Assembly (NCBI GenBank): GCA_951406725.2
Contig: OX597816.1
Span: 45,818,001-45,882,000, forward strand
Length of the DNA: 64,000 nt
Direction: 5' to 3'
From: Octopus vulgaris
Taxonomy: Eukaryota
This document shows positions 25,600 through 37,477 of the stretch, piece by piece (positions within the stretch are counted from its first letter, which is position 1; each line of letters starts with the position of its first letter). The notes under the pieces were generated by a model. The model did no database searches, was not told the origin of the DNA, and worked only from the letters and a program-made list of their open reading frames with translations. The position numbers and the translations under genes are program-made.

Positions 25600-26004
25600 G
25601 CTTCTAATTTAAATATAAAGCCAGCAATTCTTGAGACAAGAGGGTTAGTCAATGCTATGGACTCCAGTATTTATTTTATCAACTTACTAAAAGGATGAAA
25701 GGCAAAGTAAATAGTTAAACAATATAAAATAAAAACAAATGAAGGGCACACATCTGAGGCTCACACTCAGAGGGGAGCCTCTACAACCTGTTGCAAAATA
25801 GCAGTAAAACATTCTTTAAAATAACAGCCAAGAAAGGATATACTAGATAATATAGACTACATTAACAGCTGTAACGCCTTTGATCATATAAGCATGCCTA
25901 ATCAAAGCTGACCTAGGTTAAACAACAATAAGGCTACAGTGAAAGCTGCTCTTCCATGTAACACCTACATTTCTAAATAAAAAGAAGAAAAAAGAAAGAA
26001 AGGA

Positions 26005-26395
26005 AGAACTTGCATGATAATCAACATAGCATGCCCTGATGACAGCAGGATCACAGAGAAAGAAAAACTGATCAACTACAATTTAAAGTGGGGAAATACA
26101 AAGGTTGTAGTCAATGAGGAAAGCAGATAGGATACCATTAGTAATTGGCACACTTGGAAGTATCAGCATTCAACTACCAGCATGGCTCAAAAAGATTGGT
26201 GCAAATATAAAGGTAGAACACCTACAAAAACCAGCATTTTCTTGGAACTGTAAGAATTATTCACAAGGTTCTTGAAGCATGGCCAGTAAACAAGTGTCAC
26301 CTTAGTCGTCTGCTGGCTGTGCAAGCTGACACACTTCATACCCAACAAAATGAGCTGAGAAATTTCATCAAATAACAATAATAATAATAATAATA
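26005..26395 (+). mobile_element. Second R4/Dong-like element 3' end with (TAA)n tail
   Basis: CMIINIACPDDSRITEKEKLINYNLKW/EIQRL*SMRK..IPLVIGTLGSI..WLKKIG..LQKPAF/LGTVRIIHKVLE, then 3' UTR and TAA repeats. Confidence 0.85.
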
Positions 26396-27487
26396 AAAAT
26401 ACATATTTTATCTATGAATTTGCGTGTGTAATCTGGGAATGCATACAATGAGCTTCTCTGCCCTAGGTGTATGGAAAACACTCGGCAAGAAACAGAAGAA
26501 AATTTGAAGAAAGAAGGAAAAAAACATAATAATAATAATAATCCTTTCTACTATACACAAAGAACTGAAATTTTGAGGGGAAGGAGTTAGTCAATTTCAC
26601 AAACCCAGTGCTTAAGCGGTACTTATTTTATCGGTCCCAAAAAGATAAAAAGCAAAAGTTTTGTTTTGCTTTAAAAATAATGTAAAAAAAATAAATGAAA
26701 TAAATAAATAAATAGGACCCCACTGATTCAAACTGAGATATATATTAATCATTAGGGTTGGATCCCTCCACCAGTAGCAGAATGGTATATAATGGACAAC
26801 ACTTAGAAGAAAGAAATCCAGGTGCATAAGGTCAGTTATGCCATCCATTCACATAACGTAGATAAGTAAAAGCAAAGTAACTGGCACACACACAAAATAA
26901 ATATGTGTGTGTGTGTGTGTGCATACTTGCTCACTAAAAGTAGTCCAATAGAAAAGCAAAACTAGTAAATTGTTTAGCACATATGCATACATAACACTGC
27001 ATCCCTCATACATAAAAACCAAACCATGTACTGCATGTAAAAATAAACCCAAAATACACACAATAGAAAAAAAATGTTACACTCAGGCGTGTGTATGCGC
27101 ATACACACACACACACACTGTATTATATTCTTCATTAAGAGTGGAAGGCAAAATAAAGTAAATATCCTTCAAATTTGAACTCAATACATAACACAAAAAC
27201 AGTTTATATATATATATAATCCCCACATGTACATGCATTTGTGTATACTATGTATGCACAAGAAAATATGTGACCTGGTAGTAAGAAGCTTGTTTCATGG
27301 CTTCAGGTTCAGTCCTACTGTGTGACACCTTGGGCAAGTGTCTTTTACTTATTGCCTCAGGCCAAAGCCTATATCCACGTGTGCATATTTACATATATAA
27401 ACACACACATATATACGCGTGCACATATACATGCACACATGCATATATACACACACACACACACCATATATGAAAAGTAAATATATA

Positions 27488-28172
27488 GGTGCAGGAGTGG
27501 CTGTGTGGTAAGTAGCTTGCTTAACAACCATATGGTTCTGGGTTCAATCCCACTGCGTGGAACCTTGGGCAAGTGTCTTCTACTATAGCCTCGGGGCGAC
27601 CAAAGCCTTGTGAGTGGATTTGGTAGATGGAAACTGAAAGAAGCCCGTCGTATGTATATGTGTGTGTATGTTTGTGTATCTGTGTTTGTACTCCCCCACC
27701 AACCGATGCTGGAGTGTTTGCGTCCCCGTAAATTGGCGGTTCGGTGGAAGAGACCGATAGAATAAGTGGAATGGAAGCACTCCGTCGGTTACGACGATGA
27801 GGGTTCCGGTTGATCCGAATCAACGGAACAACCTGCTCGTGAAATTAACGTGTAAGTGGCTGAGCACTCCACAGACACGTGCACCCATAACGTAGTTCTA
27901 GGGGATATTCAGCATGACACAGAGAGTGACAAGGCCGGCCCCTTGAAATACAGGTACAACAGAAACAGTAAGTAAGAGTGAGAGAAAGTTGTGGTGAAAG
28001 AGTACAGCAGGGATCACCACCATCCCCTGCCGGAGCCTCGTGGAGCTTTTTTAGTTGTTTTCGCTCAATAAACACTCACAACGCCCGATAGAATAAGTAG
28101 TAGGCTTACAAAGAACAAGTCCTGGGGTAATTTGCTCGACTAAAAGCGATGCTCCAGCATGGCCGCAGTCAA
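27488..28172 (+). mobile_element. Family-A SINE interrupted by a nested SINE
   Basis: Consensus head and tail resume on either side of the insert. Confidence 0.88.
27768..28084 (-). mobile_element. Nested SINE: body X + tail T2 (5'-truncated)
   Basis: 14-bp TSD CCGATAGAATAAGT at 27754-27767 and 28085-28098. Confidence 0.9.
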
Positions 28173-28728
28173 TATAAAAAAATACATACTGCTCTAACAC
28201 ACACACACAGTCAAGTGAAATTTAATGGCACACATAGAAAAGACACACATATGATTCAAGGTTACTGCGAAAGCAGCCTAAACATTCTATGACAAGGACC
28301 ATCAATATGACCTAGTAAAATAGAGACTAGTGAGATTACCATGGCAACTACACAATCAAGTACCAAAAGAAGTGGCAATAAGGGTGGTGGTGGTGGCGGC
28401 GGCGGTAGTAGGATGCAGAGGAAGGGTGACGACTGTCTGTGTAAGATGACTACTTGGTATTTTAAACTGAAAGTGTGAGCGGTAGGGGTGGGGGGCAAGA
28501 GAGGGAGAAAGAGCACAGCAGGAAGGGGAGAGAATTATTGAGAACAAAACAATGAGTTACTAGAGAGAAAAATTTGAATATCAGGACAAATGTACATCAG
28601 GCACACATACACACACACACACACATGTATAGATAACAGCAAACATACACATAAGTACGTATATACCAACGACGTGCATATATTATTTAACACGCACGTG
28701 TGTGTATACAAATATGTATTTATATAGA

Positions 28729-28890
28729 GGCGCAGGAGTGGCTGTGTAGTAAGTAGCTTGCTAACCAACCACATGGTTCTGGGTTCAGTCCCACTGCGTA
28801 GCATCTTGGGCAAGTGTCTTCTGCTATAGATACGGGCCGACCAATGCCTTGTGAGTGGATTTGGTAGACGGAAACTGAAAGAAGCCTGTC

Positions 28891-28964
<74 letters not shown>

Positions 28965-29170
28965 CGGTGTTTGTCCCCCTAGCATTGCTTGACAACCGAT
29001 GCTGGTGTGTTTATGTTCCCGTTACTTAGCGGTTCGGCAAAAAAAAAGACCGATAGAATAAGTACTGGGCTTACAAAAGAATAAGTCCCGGGGTCGAGTT
29101 GCTCGATTAAAGGCGGTGCTCCAGCATGGCCGCAGTCAAATGACTGAAACAAGTAAAAGAGTAAAAGAGA
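28729..29170 (+). mobile_element. Young full-length family-A (CORE-like) SINE
   Basis: GGCGCAGGAGTGGCTGTG head, GGTTCAGTCCC B box, CTTGGGCAAGT motif, (GTAAAAGA)n tail; near-identical to 63183-63597. Confidence 0.93.
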
Positions 29171-30157
29171 AAAGAGAGATATATACACATGTGCTTGCAC
29201 ACATGTATACATATGCAACACACATAGGAATATTTTACACATAGTACAAATACATACACTGCACACACACACACATAGATACATGTATATACATATACTG
29301 CGTACTCACACACACACACATACATACATCTGCACACACACACACACACAGTTGCAAGCACAGATATGATAACTCGTAGACAGGCCAGTGAGGGAGTCTT
29401 CAACTAAGTAGTTCGACCTACTAAAATTAGCAGCCAAATCTTCCTCAAATTATACCCTTTACCTTCTTTAAAAAAAAAAAGGATATATTAAGTCCTAGAT
29501 ATTTCTGAAAGGAAGTGTCATGACTGGAACGTTTTTGATCGAGGATTTGCTCAATAAGGACTGCCCTGGGCTAAATGACAACATACAACACTGTTACGTA
29601 TATATGTATATGTATGGAGGTGTGTGCATATGTAAAAACTGTACATAGATGCATGTGTGTGTATATATTAAATAATGTATGTAGAAATGTGTGTGTAAAA
29701 AGTATACGGATATGTCTGTGTCTAAAAATTGTACGTAGCTGTGTGTGTGTGTGTAGAAAATGTATGTAAATGTGTGTGTGAAATATGTAGGTATGTAGAT
29801 ATGCGTATGTGTTGATTATATCTAGAATTGTGAACAAATAAAAAAAAACAACAACAAAGCGATTAAAGATGTCTACGTGTGTGTATTACAAACACACACA
29901 CATACATACAGTCTACACAGGTTTGTGGAGTTAACAGGTGTGAGTGCAAAGGGTGAGCGTGACCATAAGTACATGATAATGGTCGTAATTGTATTAATGT
30001 GATTTAAGTACACAAGTTCCTGTATTACTGACCACAAATACACTTTTGCCAGCCTACAACATGTTTATATATATATATTTACGATGTACACAGGAAATTT
30101 TAAACCGTTCCATGTAAATAAGTACAATTTTTGCTATATAATAAGCTCAAAGCTTAG

Positions 30158-30964
30158 AGGCGCAAGCATGGCTGAGCAGTGAGAATTTCTGCTTCCCGAC
30201 CGCGTGGGTCTTGAGTTCAGTCCCACCATGTGACACCTTGGGCAAGTGTCTTCTACTATAGACCCGGGCCGACGAAAGCCTTGTGAGTTGATTTGGTAGA
30301 CGGAAACTGAAAGCAGCCTGACTCATATGTGTGTGTGTGTGTGTGTATATATATAAAGTTAATCAAAACAAGAAAGCACAAAAAAACACAACAACGCGAG
30401 GACGTGGAACAATTATATTATTATTATTATTATTATTATAGGAAAGAAGGAGAGTTTAACGTTCCGAGCGGAGCTCTTCGTTGGAAACATAGGAGAAGGA
30501 AAGATCCAGAGAAGGGAAGACAGAGGGGAAAAAAATCGCCAACGGTACACACGCGGTCACATTTTGAATATATATATACACATACACACATACATGCATG
30601 TGTGTGTACACACATATTGATGTATTATCGCATGTGTATATGTGTGTTTACATGTATGTATGTATGTATACAAACACCCACACGTGTGTGTGCACGTGCA
30701 TGCGTATGTATGTTTGTTTTAATGTATCCCAGCCCTGACTTCATGTGATAGCTATAAACAAATGTCACCGTCGTGAGAGCGACGTCCTTCATTCCCAATC
30801 TTCTATCATGGGGAATACCACTTTATTGGGAAACAGGTGGAGGTTGGTAACACGAAGGCCATCCGTCTGTAGAGAAATCTGCCTCAACTAATTCCCTCCG
30901 AATCATGCCAGCTTGGAAAAGTGGACATTAAGATGATGTTGATGATGATGATGATGATGATGAT
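30158..30964 (+). mobile_element. Family-A head/core joined to an RTE-like (GAT)n tail, interrupted by a Penelope-like fragment
   Basis: Head GGCGCAAGCATGGCTG...CCTTGGGCAAGT; tail GTTGGTAACACGAAGGCCATCC...CATGCCAGCTTGGAAAAGTGGACATTAAGATGATG; same layout at 37498-37915. Confidence 0.65.
30358..30566 (-). mobile_element. Probable Penelope-like element terminal fragment with decayed minimal hammerhead
   Basis: Minus strand TTTCCAACGAAGAGCTCCGCTCGGAACGTTAAA resembles CUGANGA-stemII(GAGC/GCUC)-GAAAC; inserted in (TA)/(TG) tract. Confidence 0.5.
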
Positions 30965-31290
30965 AACGCCCTATATTGGAATAGAGCAGTCAGTACATGA
31001 CAGTTACTTACTTCACCTACAAATCTCCCACTACCGAGGAAAGGAAAGGTAAGGTCAATGGTGAAATCAAGATCTGAATTCAGAATATAAAAGGGGATAC
31101 AACTAAATACTGCAAGGTATTTAGTGAGGGCACACTGTGTGTTCTATTTCTCCTGTTTGTTAAAAAACACACACAAACATGCAATTATGTTCTCAGTCAG
31201 AACTTTCCCCATCATGAGCTTTGAGCTGTTCATTCAAGTGAACTACCAAGTTCATTGAATAAGAGTCTAAATGGCAGTCTTCTATAGATA

Positions 31291-32696
31291 CATCATCATC
31301 ATCATCATCATTTAGCGTCCGTTTTCCATGCTAGCATGGGTTGGACGGTTCTACTGGGGTCTGAAGGCTTCATCAGGCCCAGTCAAATCTGGCAGTGTTT
31401 CTACGGCTGGATGCCCTTCCTAACGCCAACCACTCCGTGAGTGTAGTGGGTGCTTTTTACGTGCCACCCGCACTGGTGCCAGACAGAGCTGGCAAACGGC
31501 CACGAACGGATGGTGCTTTTTATGTGCCACCGGCACGAGGGCCAGGCGAGGCTGGCAACGGACACGAAACGGGGCGGTGCTGGCAACGGTCGCGAAACGG
31601 AAAGTTCTCTTACATGCCACCGGCACTGGTAACACATCTGCAATTTCCATTGATCGATTTCCATTGATCGATTTCGATTCTGATCCTCACTTGCCTCAAT
31701 GGGTCTTCACAAGCAGAGTTTCGACATGTCACCGGCACTGGTAGCACATCCGCAATTTCCACTGATCGATTTCGATTCTGATCCTCACTTGCCTCAACAC
31801 GTCTTCACAAGTAGAGTTTTGTGTCCCAAGAAGGGAAGGTATGCATACGTAGGCTGGCTCCATCCCATGTAGAAGGCCACGGGTTGTGGACTCACTTGTC
31901 CTGCCGGGTCTTCTCGCGCACAGCACACTTCCAGAGGTCTCGGTCTCTAGTCATTTCCTCAGTGAGACCTAAAGTTCGAAGGTCGTGCTTCACCACCTCG
32001 TCCCAGGTTTTCCTGGGTCTGCCTCTTCCACAGGTTCCCTCAACCGCTAGGGTGTGGCACTTTTTCACACAACTATCTTCATCCATTCTCGCCACATGAC
32101 CATACCAGCGCAAACGTCTCTCTTGCACACCACAACTGATGCTTCTTAGGTCCAGCTTTTCTCTCAAGGTACTTACACTCTGCCGAGTGTGAGTACCGGC
32201 ATTACACATCCATCGGAGCATACTGGCTTCATTTCTAGCGAGCTTACGCATATCCTCAGCAGTCACGGCCCATGTTTCACTGCCATGTAGCATGGCTGTT
32301 CGTACACACGCATCATACAGTCTGCCTTTCACTCTGTGCGAGAGGCCTTTTGTCACCAGCAGAGGTAAGAGCTCTCTGAACTTTGCCCAAGCTATTCTTA
32401 CTCTAGCAGTTACACTTTCAGCACACCCGCCCCCGCTGCTGACTTGGTCACCTAGGTAACGGAAACTATCAACTATTTCTAGTTTTTCTCCCTGGAAAGT
32501 GACGGAAGTTGGTCTCAGAGCATTTTCAGTGTTTATTGTTCCTGAGCATCTGCCACATACAAAAACCATCTTCCTAGTTAGCCTTCCTTTGACATTGCTG
32601 CATCTCTTATGTGTCCATAGCTTACACTTGGTGCATCTTATAGAGTTTCTACCTACACCTTTTCTACAGATCGAGCAGGGCCATCTACCTGAAGGT
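31291..32696 (-). mobile_element. 5'-truncated young RTE LINE: C-terminal ORF with PHD finger, ~600-bp 3' UTR and (GAT)n tail
   Basis: Uninterrupted frame: CSIC..CTKC..HKRC..CGRC then LEIVDSFRYLG, GSETWAV, RRLRWYGHVARM, GRGRPRKTW, DRDLWK. Confidence 0.95.
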
Positions 32697-32701
32697 ATCA
32701 T
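31892..32701 (-). CDS. Partial RTE reverse transcriptase C-terminal region (transposon ORF; the ATG probably comes from flanking DNA)
   Basis: 269-aa ORF in track with RTE thumb/C-terminal motifs. Confidence 0.85.
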   Translation of the reverse strand: MIPSGRWPCSICRKGVGRNSIRCTKCKLWTHKRCSNVKGRLTRKMVFVCGRCSGTINTENALRPTSVTFQGEKLEIVDSFRYLGDQVSSGGGCAESVTARVRIAWAKFRELLPLLVTKGLSHRVKGRLYDACVRTAMLHGSETWAVTAEDMRKLARNEASMLRWMCNAGTHTRQSVSTLREKLDLRSISCGVQERRLRWYGHVARMDEDSCVKKCHTLAVEGTCGRGRPRKTWDEVVKHDLRTLGLTEEMTRDRDLWKCAVREKTRQDK

Positions 32702-33145
32702 AATAACTCACAGGTGGAATAAACATGGGACAGTGTGTAAATGGTTTGGACCATTAAATTACAGGTACAATCCATTTAGCAGGCTTCCTTGCAGTTTCTA
32801 TTTACCCAATTGCACTCACTCAGTATGACTTGACCCAGATATACTCAAAGTATGTTTACCCAAGCTGCCAAGCAATGATGGAAACAAACCCTGAACTTTG
32901 TGACTGACAAGTAAACTTCTTAATCATTCAGCTATGCTGTGACTTCTGGTTCTTTCCTATGTACACTCAGCTTCTATTTTACAAATTTCACCCACCAGAC
33001 ATCACTCAGCCTGATCAAAGTGATGCACAGTAGGATCAAACTCAGAATTATGCAATCACAAAGCTAACTTCTAAACCGCACAGCAGTACTCGTGTGCAAA
33101 TAAACATTAAAATTCATGAGCAACTAACACACTAGAAAGTAATAT

Positions 33146-33204
<59 letters not shown>

Positions 33205-33754
33205 GGAACAAGCAAGCAAGATTTGGTCCTCTGACCTGTTTAGGAGAGCAATAAGAACTGACTTGGATTATGCCAACATTTCAATGGTAGCATGAACAGG
33301 AGATTTAACGAAGTTAATGGTGATGGTGGTTGGTGGTTTATGTCAGTGCCAAAAAAGCTTCCAACAAATTTGTACAGCAATAAAAGATGTGAGATATAAC
33401 AACAGTCATGCCCATCCCAGATTAATTTCCAATGCATATCACTCATCACTAACTAAATATTAAAAAGAACCTGTATATTCGCAACCAGCCCCCGAGCATT
33501 TTGTTGTACCTCAAGGTAGAAATCTTTTAATTACCTCAATCAAGTTTCGTTAACATCATGGCTATTTGCTTAGTTTATAGATACTACACTTACTTTTAAT
33601 TAGCCTCTTTGATTACTTTGACTAGTTGAGTGCATGAGGCAGGAGTTTGAGATAGTATAGCTAACTCCTTCTTTGGAATAGGCTCGAACCCTACCCTGAG
33701 GGGAAGATTTCATCTTATCTCTGTAAGTGGGGTCAGAAAACAATATTTTACAGA

Positions 33755-34394
33755 AGTGGTTCACAATCTTTTTTTAGCTAAGGACCCTCTTGATTGCTAT
33801 TTTACTTGGTGGACCCCCCCCCCCCCTAGCTATTCAATGATTCAAAACAAGCTTTAAAGATACTTCTTTTGAAATTCCTATTATGTTTTCCACACATTCA
33901 TTTGTGTAGGTTGAACTATGTAAAATGTTAGAGAAAGAAATCTTGTTTGTAGCAAAATAAATACATCAGAATCAAAATTTTTCATGGATACTTAATACAA
34001 GATTGTAGGTCTCCTATGTACTTTTTGGCTTGCATGGGCCACCAAGAATCTTATATGTTTGTTCCTTCTCAAGCCATGCCTGGCTCATAGGGCCGATTTC
34101 TCGGTTTCCTTGGCGTATAGGTTCCCCACCTGGATGGGACACTGGTCCGTCGCAGATGAGTTGCAAGATGCATGAGGAAAGATTGAGAGAAAGTTGTGGC
34201 GAAAGAGTCAGCAGAAGTTCACCATTACCCTCTGCCGGAGCCGCGTGGAGCTTAGGTGTTTCGCTCATAAACACACACATCGCCTGGTCTGAGATTCGAA
34301 CCCACGATCCCTCGACCGCGAGTCCACTGCTCTAGCCACTAGGCCATGTGTTTCCACAAGAATCTTATACAGACCCCGGTTAAAATACACCACT
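33755..34394 (-). mobile_element. hAT-type MITE interrupted by a SINE
   Basis: AGTGGTTCACAA end; internal TGTGTAGGTTGAACTATGTAAAATGTTAGAGAAAGAAA is the reverse complement of 49616-49652. Confidence 0.75.
34056..34356 (-). mobile_element. Full-length SINE: body X + tail T3
   Basis: tRNA-like head TGGCCTAGTGGCTAGAGC...GGGTTCGAATCTC; 13-bp TSD CAAGAATCTTATA at 34043-34055 and 34357-34369. Confidence 0.92.
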
Positions 34395-35439
34395 TTATAG
34401 TGTGACAGGATTAATTATCTTCATTATACATCAACCTTTTGCATGCAAGCACAGGTCAAACAAGTCTTTGCTAACACAATACCATGGCATATATTGCAGA
34501 TGTTTGTCATCTCAGTCATAAGGTTTAGTTTTTTGGGGATCAGCTTACATCACTTCTTCAGTCTTCCTTCTCTGCATGATCCTCCACTTGGATTAGTATT
34601 ACCTAAATAGTCCTTTTCCACACTAATACCAAAGTGTGAAACACCACACCTTTTACTTCTTTCAGTTACTGGACTGTGGGCATGCTGGAACACTGGCTTC
34701 AAGGGTTTTAGTTAAACAAATCAATCCCAGTGCCAGTGTTTCCTTTTTCTTTTCTTAAGTCTGGTACATATTCTATCAGTCTCTTTTGCTAACCCACTAA
34801 GTAACAAGAATGTAGACAAACACCAGTTGACAAGTGGTGGGGTACAAGTGACAAACACACACACACACACACACACACACGCAATGGGTTTCCACACAAT
34901 TTCCACCGACCAAATTCACTCCCAAAGTAGGTATTGATTGGCAGAGAAGAGATACCTACATAGAATGCTATGTAGTAGGACTGAACCTGAGATCGCCTGC
35001 TCTCAAAGCAAGCTTCTTAACCACAACCATACGTACACCTAAACATACACTGAAGCTACATATGAATGCAATGTATACATCAACCATGTCATTATGCAAA
35101 GATTACCGGAAAAAACAGAGATATGTAATTAATGCCCACACTTCTAACAATGGTAGGTGTGTGTATATATATATATATATAGAGAGACACACACGCGTGG
35201 GTGTGTGTGTGCTGTGTACGCAATTGCAATTAACATGTAAAGCTACCACAGAATGGATAATTAATGACATGAGGAGTGTAAGCGTGAATACCGAGGACAA
35301 TGGTTGATGATACACAGATGGTGTGCAAACACCCATGTCAAGCTCAATAGACCTGGCAAACTACTGGTTTTTTTTACTTAAAACTCCTCAGCTTAGCACT
35401 TCCATACACGGGTAGCCATACATTTATCTCTCTCTCTGT

Positions 35440-35490
35440 ATGTATATACACACGCAATTTATATAATTATACATATACACATACATATAG

Positions 35491-35525
<35 letters not shown>

Positions 35526-35850
35526 CATACACTTATACATATGTAGATATACATATATATATATATATACTTATATACACACACACACATATATGTGCGT
35601 ATATATATATATATATATGCACATATATACATATAAATACATATATACATATGTATGTAAATACATATATATACAAATACATATATATATACATACATGT
35701 ATATACACATATATACACACATACATAAACATGCATACATATATATACACATATACATATACACATATTTATACATACATATATATACACACATATATAT
35801 ACACATACACACACATATATATATATACACATACATATATATATACATAT

Positions 35851-35899
<49 letters not shown>

Positions 35900-35900
35900 T
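35440..35900. repeat. Compound (TA)/(CA)/(CATA) microsatellite
   Basis: Direct reading. Confidence 0.95.
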
Positions 35901-36197
35901 ATTGAGAGAGAGACATGTTTTCTTGAATGAAACAAAATGCTTTTTGTTAAAAATCACTGCTATAATAAAATGTGTTGACATACAACTTTTAAAACTTGAG
36001 TAATTTAATGCACATACTTCTAACAATGGTGTGTGTGTGTGTTATGTATGATATTGCAATTAACATGGAAAGTTACCAGCGAAGACTTTTAAAACCTTTG
36101 AGTAATTTATTCTAAGCAGCCTTACAATGTTCTCCCGTGCACGCATGAACAGTTATTATTTGACACCATGAGATTCTCCGGTGGGAAGAGAACGTGT

Positions 36198-36562
36198 TTA
36201 ACCCTTTACTATTTAGATTACTCGGACAAATGTGATGCTTATTTATTAACACTGTTTTGCATTAATCATGCACTTTGTCATAGCTTCGAGATTTCAATGG
36301 TGAGATATTGTCTATGTTTAGAATGACATTGTAGGGTAGAGGGACTGGCACAGGGTCGCCAGCAATGGAGAGCACTGGTAAACCTGGTCAACCCTACACA
36401 CAATATCTCAAGGAACACTAAACTAGGATGTCCCCAGCTTCATCAAGCAAAAGCAAGAAGCAAACATTGTAGGGTAGGTGTGAGAAGCCGGATCTGGTCA
36501 CTTTGGACATAAAAACAATAGAATATTTGGCTGGATATGGCCAGTTCAAATGGTAGAGTTAA
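36198..36562 (+). mobile_element. TTAA MITE (M1) carrying a 124-bp LINE 3' end at 36340-36463
   Basis: 14-bp TSD ACATTGTAGGGTAG at 36326-36339 and 36464-36477; insert encodes LAQGRQQWRALVN and ends in AAGCA repeats. Confidence 0.82.
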
Positions 36563-36608
36563 GCACATCCACCTTTCAAAAAGTGGAAGGACTCAATTTT
36601 GCCTCGTT

Positions 36609-36906
36609 TTAACCCCTTACCCGGCAGAAACGAATATATGCGTTTTGACCGAAATCGTTTTTTTCTATCTCTAGCGAGTTAACTCGTCAAAAGATAGACT
36701 CGCCAAAATCGACAGCAAACGAGTTCCTTCGTCTATTATAAACTCTTGACATATACGAGTATATTCGCTCACTTTATACGTCTGGCAGTGACGATTTCTG
36801 CCACCTTTCGCTTGAGTAAGGCATTGAAGACCGAGTATGATTTAGTCACAAAATATGTCTGAAAAAATACATTTAATTTCAAAATAATTGTTGGGTAAGG
36901 GGTTAA
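36609..36906. mobile_element. piggyBac-like MITE
   Basis: TTAA-CCCCTTACCC ... GGGTAAGGGG-TTAA; CpG-rich interior suggests a young insertion. Confidence 0.82.
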
Positions 36907-37443
36907 CCATTAAATATTTTTTTGGCCCATTAAAATTCAGAACACAGGTCATTTTTATCTTATCATATATGCTGTTGATGACTTATAATTACCTGGGCCC
37001 CTTAACGAGAAAACTGATCCGATATTTTTCTGCCACAAATGTTTTGTTATGGCAAAGTATTAAATTCAGTGTCACTACACAGAACTTTGGGAAAGTTTCC
37101 TCTGATGTTACTTCAGACCAACCATTGTCTTTTGAGCAGAATTTGACAAACTGCAAGGAAGCCGGTCATATATGTATGCACATGTGGCAGCACATGCATG
37201 GATGTTCACATTAACACACATATCAAAGCATAAAACAATAACGATGGTGACATTTGCTGACATTCCATGCAAATGCATCTAGCCACAGCTCTCTGTTTTT
37301 TGAAGGTGAGGGGAATGAAAAACAAAAAAAAAAATCCAAATCCAAACAGAAGTCAAGATTAATGATAGAAAGTGTATCTGACTATAAAACAACACCTGAA
37401 TATGTATTAGTTCAACCTATGCCAGAAGATGGATGTTAAACAA

Positions 37444-37477
<34 letters not shown>

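Noticed and set aside
28339-28466. Minus-strand exon with polyproline (acceptor CACTTTCAG, donor ATG|GTAATC)
   Set aside because: Frame content derives from (CCG)(CCA) repeats and resembles no known protein; cannot be supported without transcripts
34280-34356. tRNA genes at SINE heads (also 28729, 41380-41452, 63183)
   Set aside because: tRNA-like A/B boxes run into SINE bodies with tails and TSDs; no complete cloverleaf
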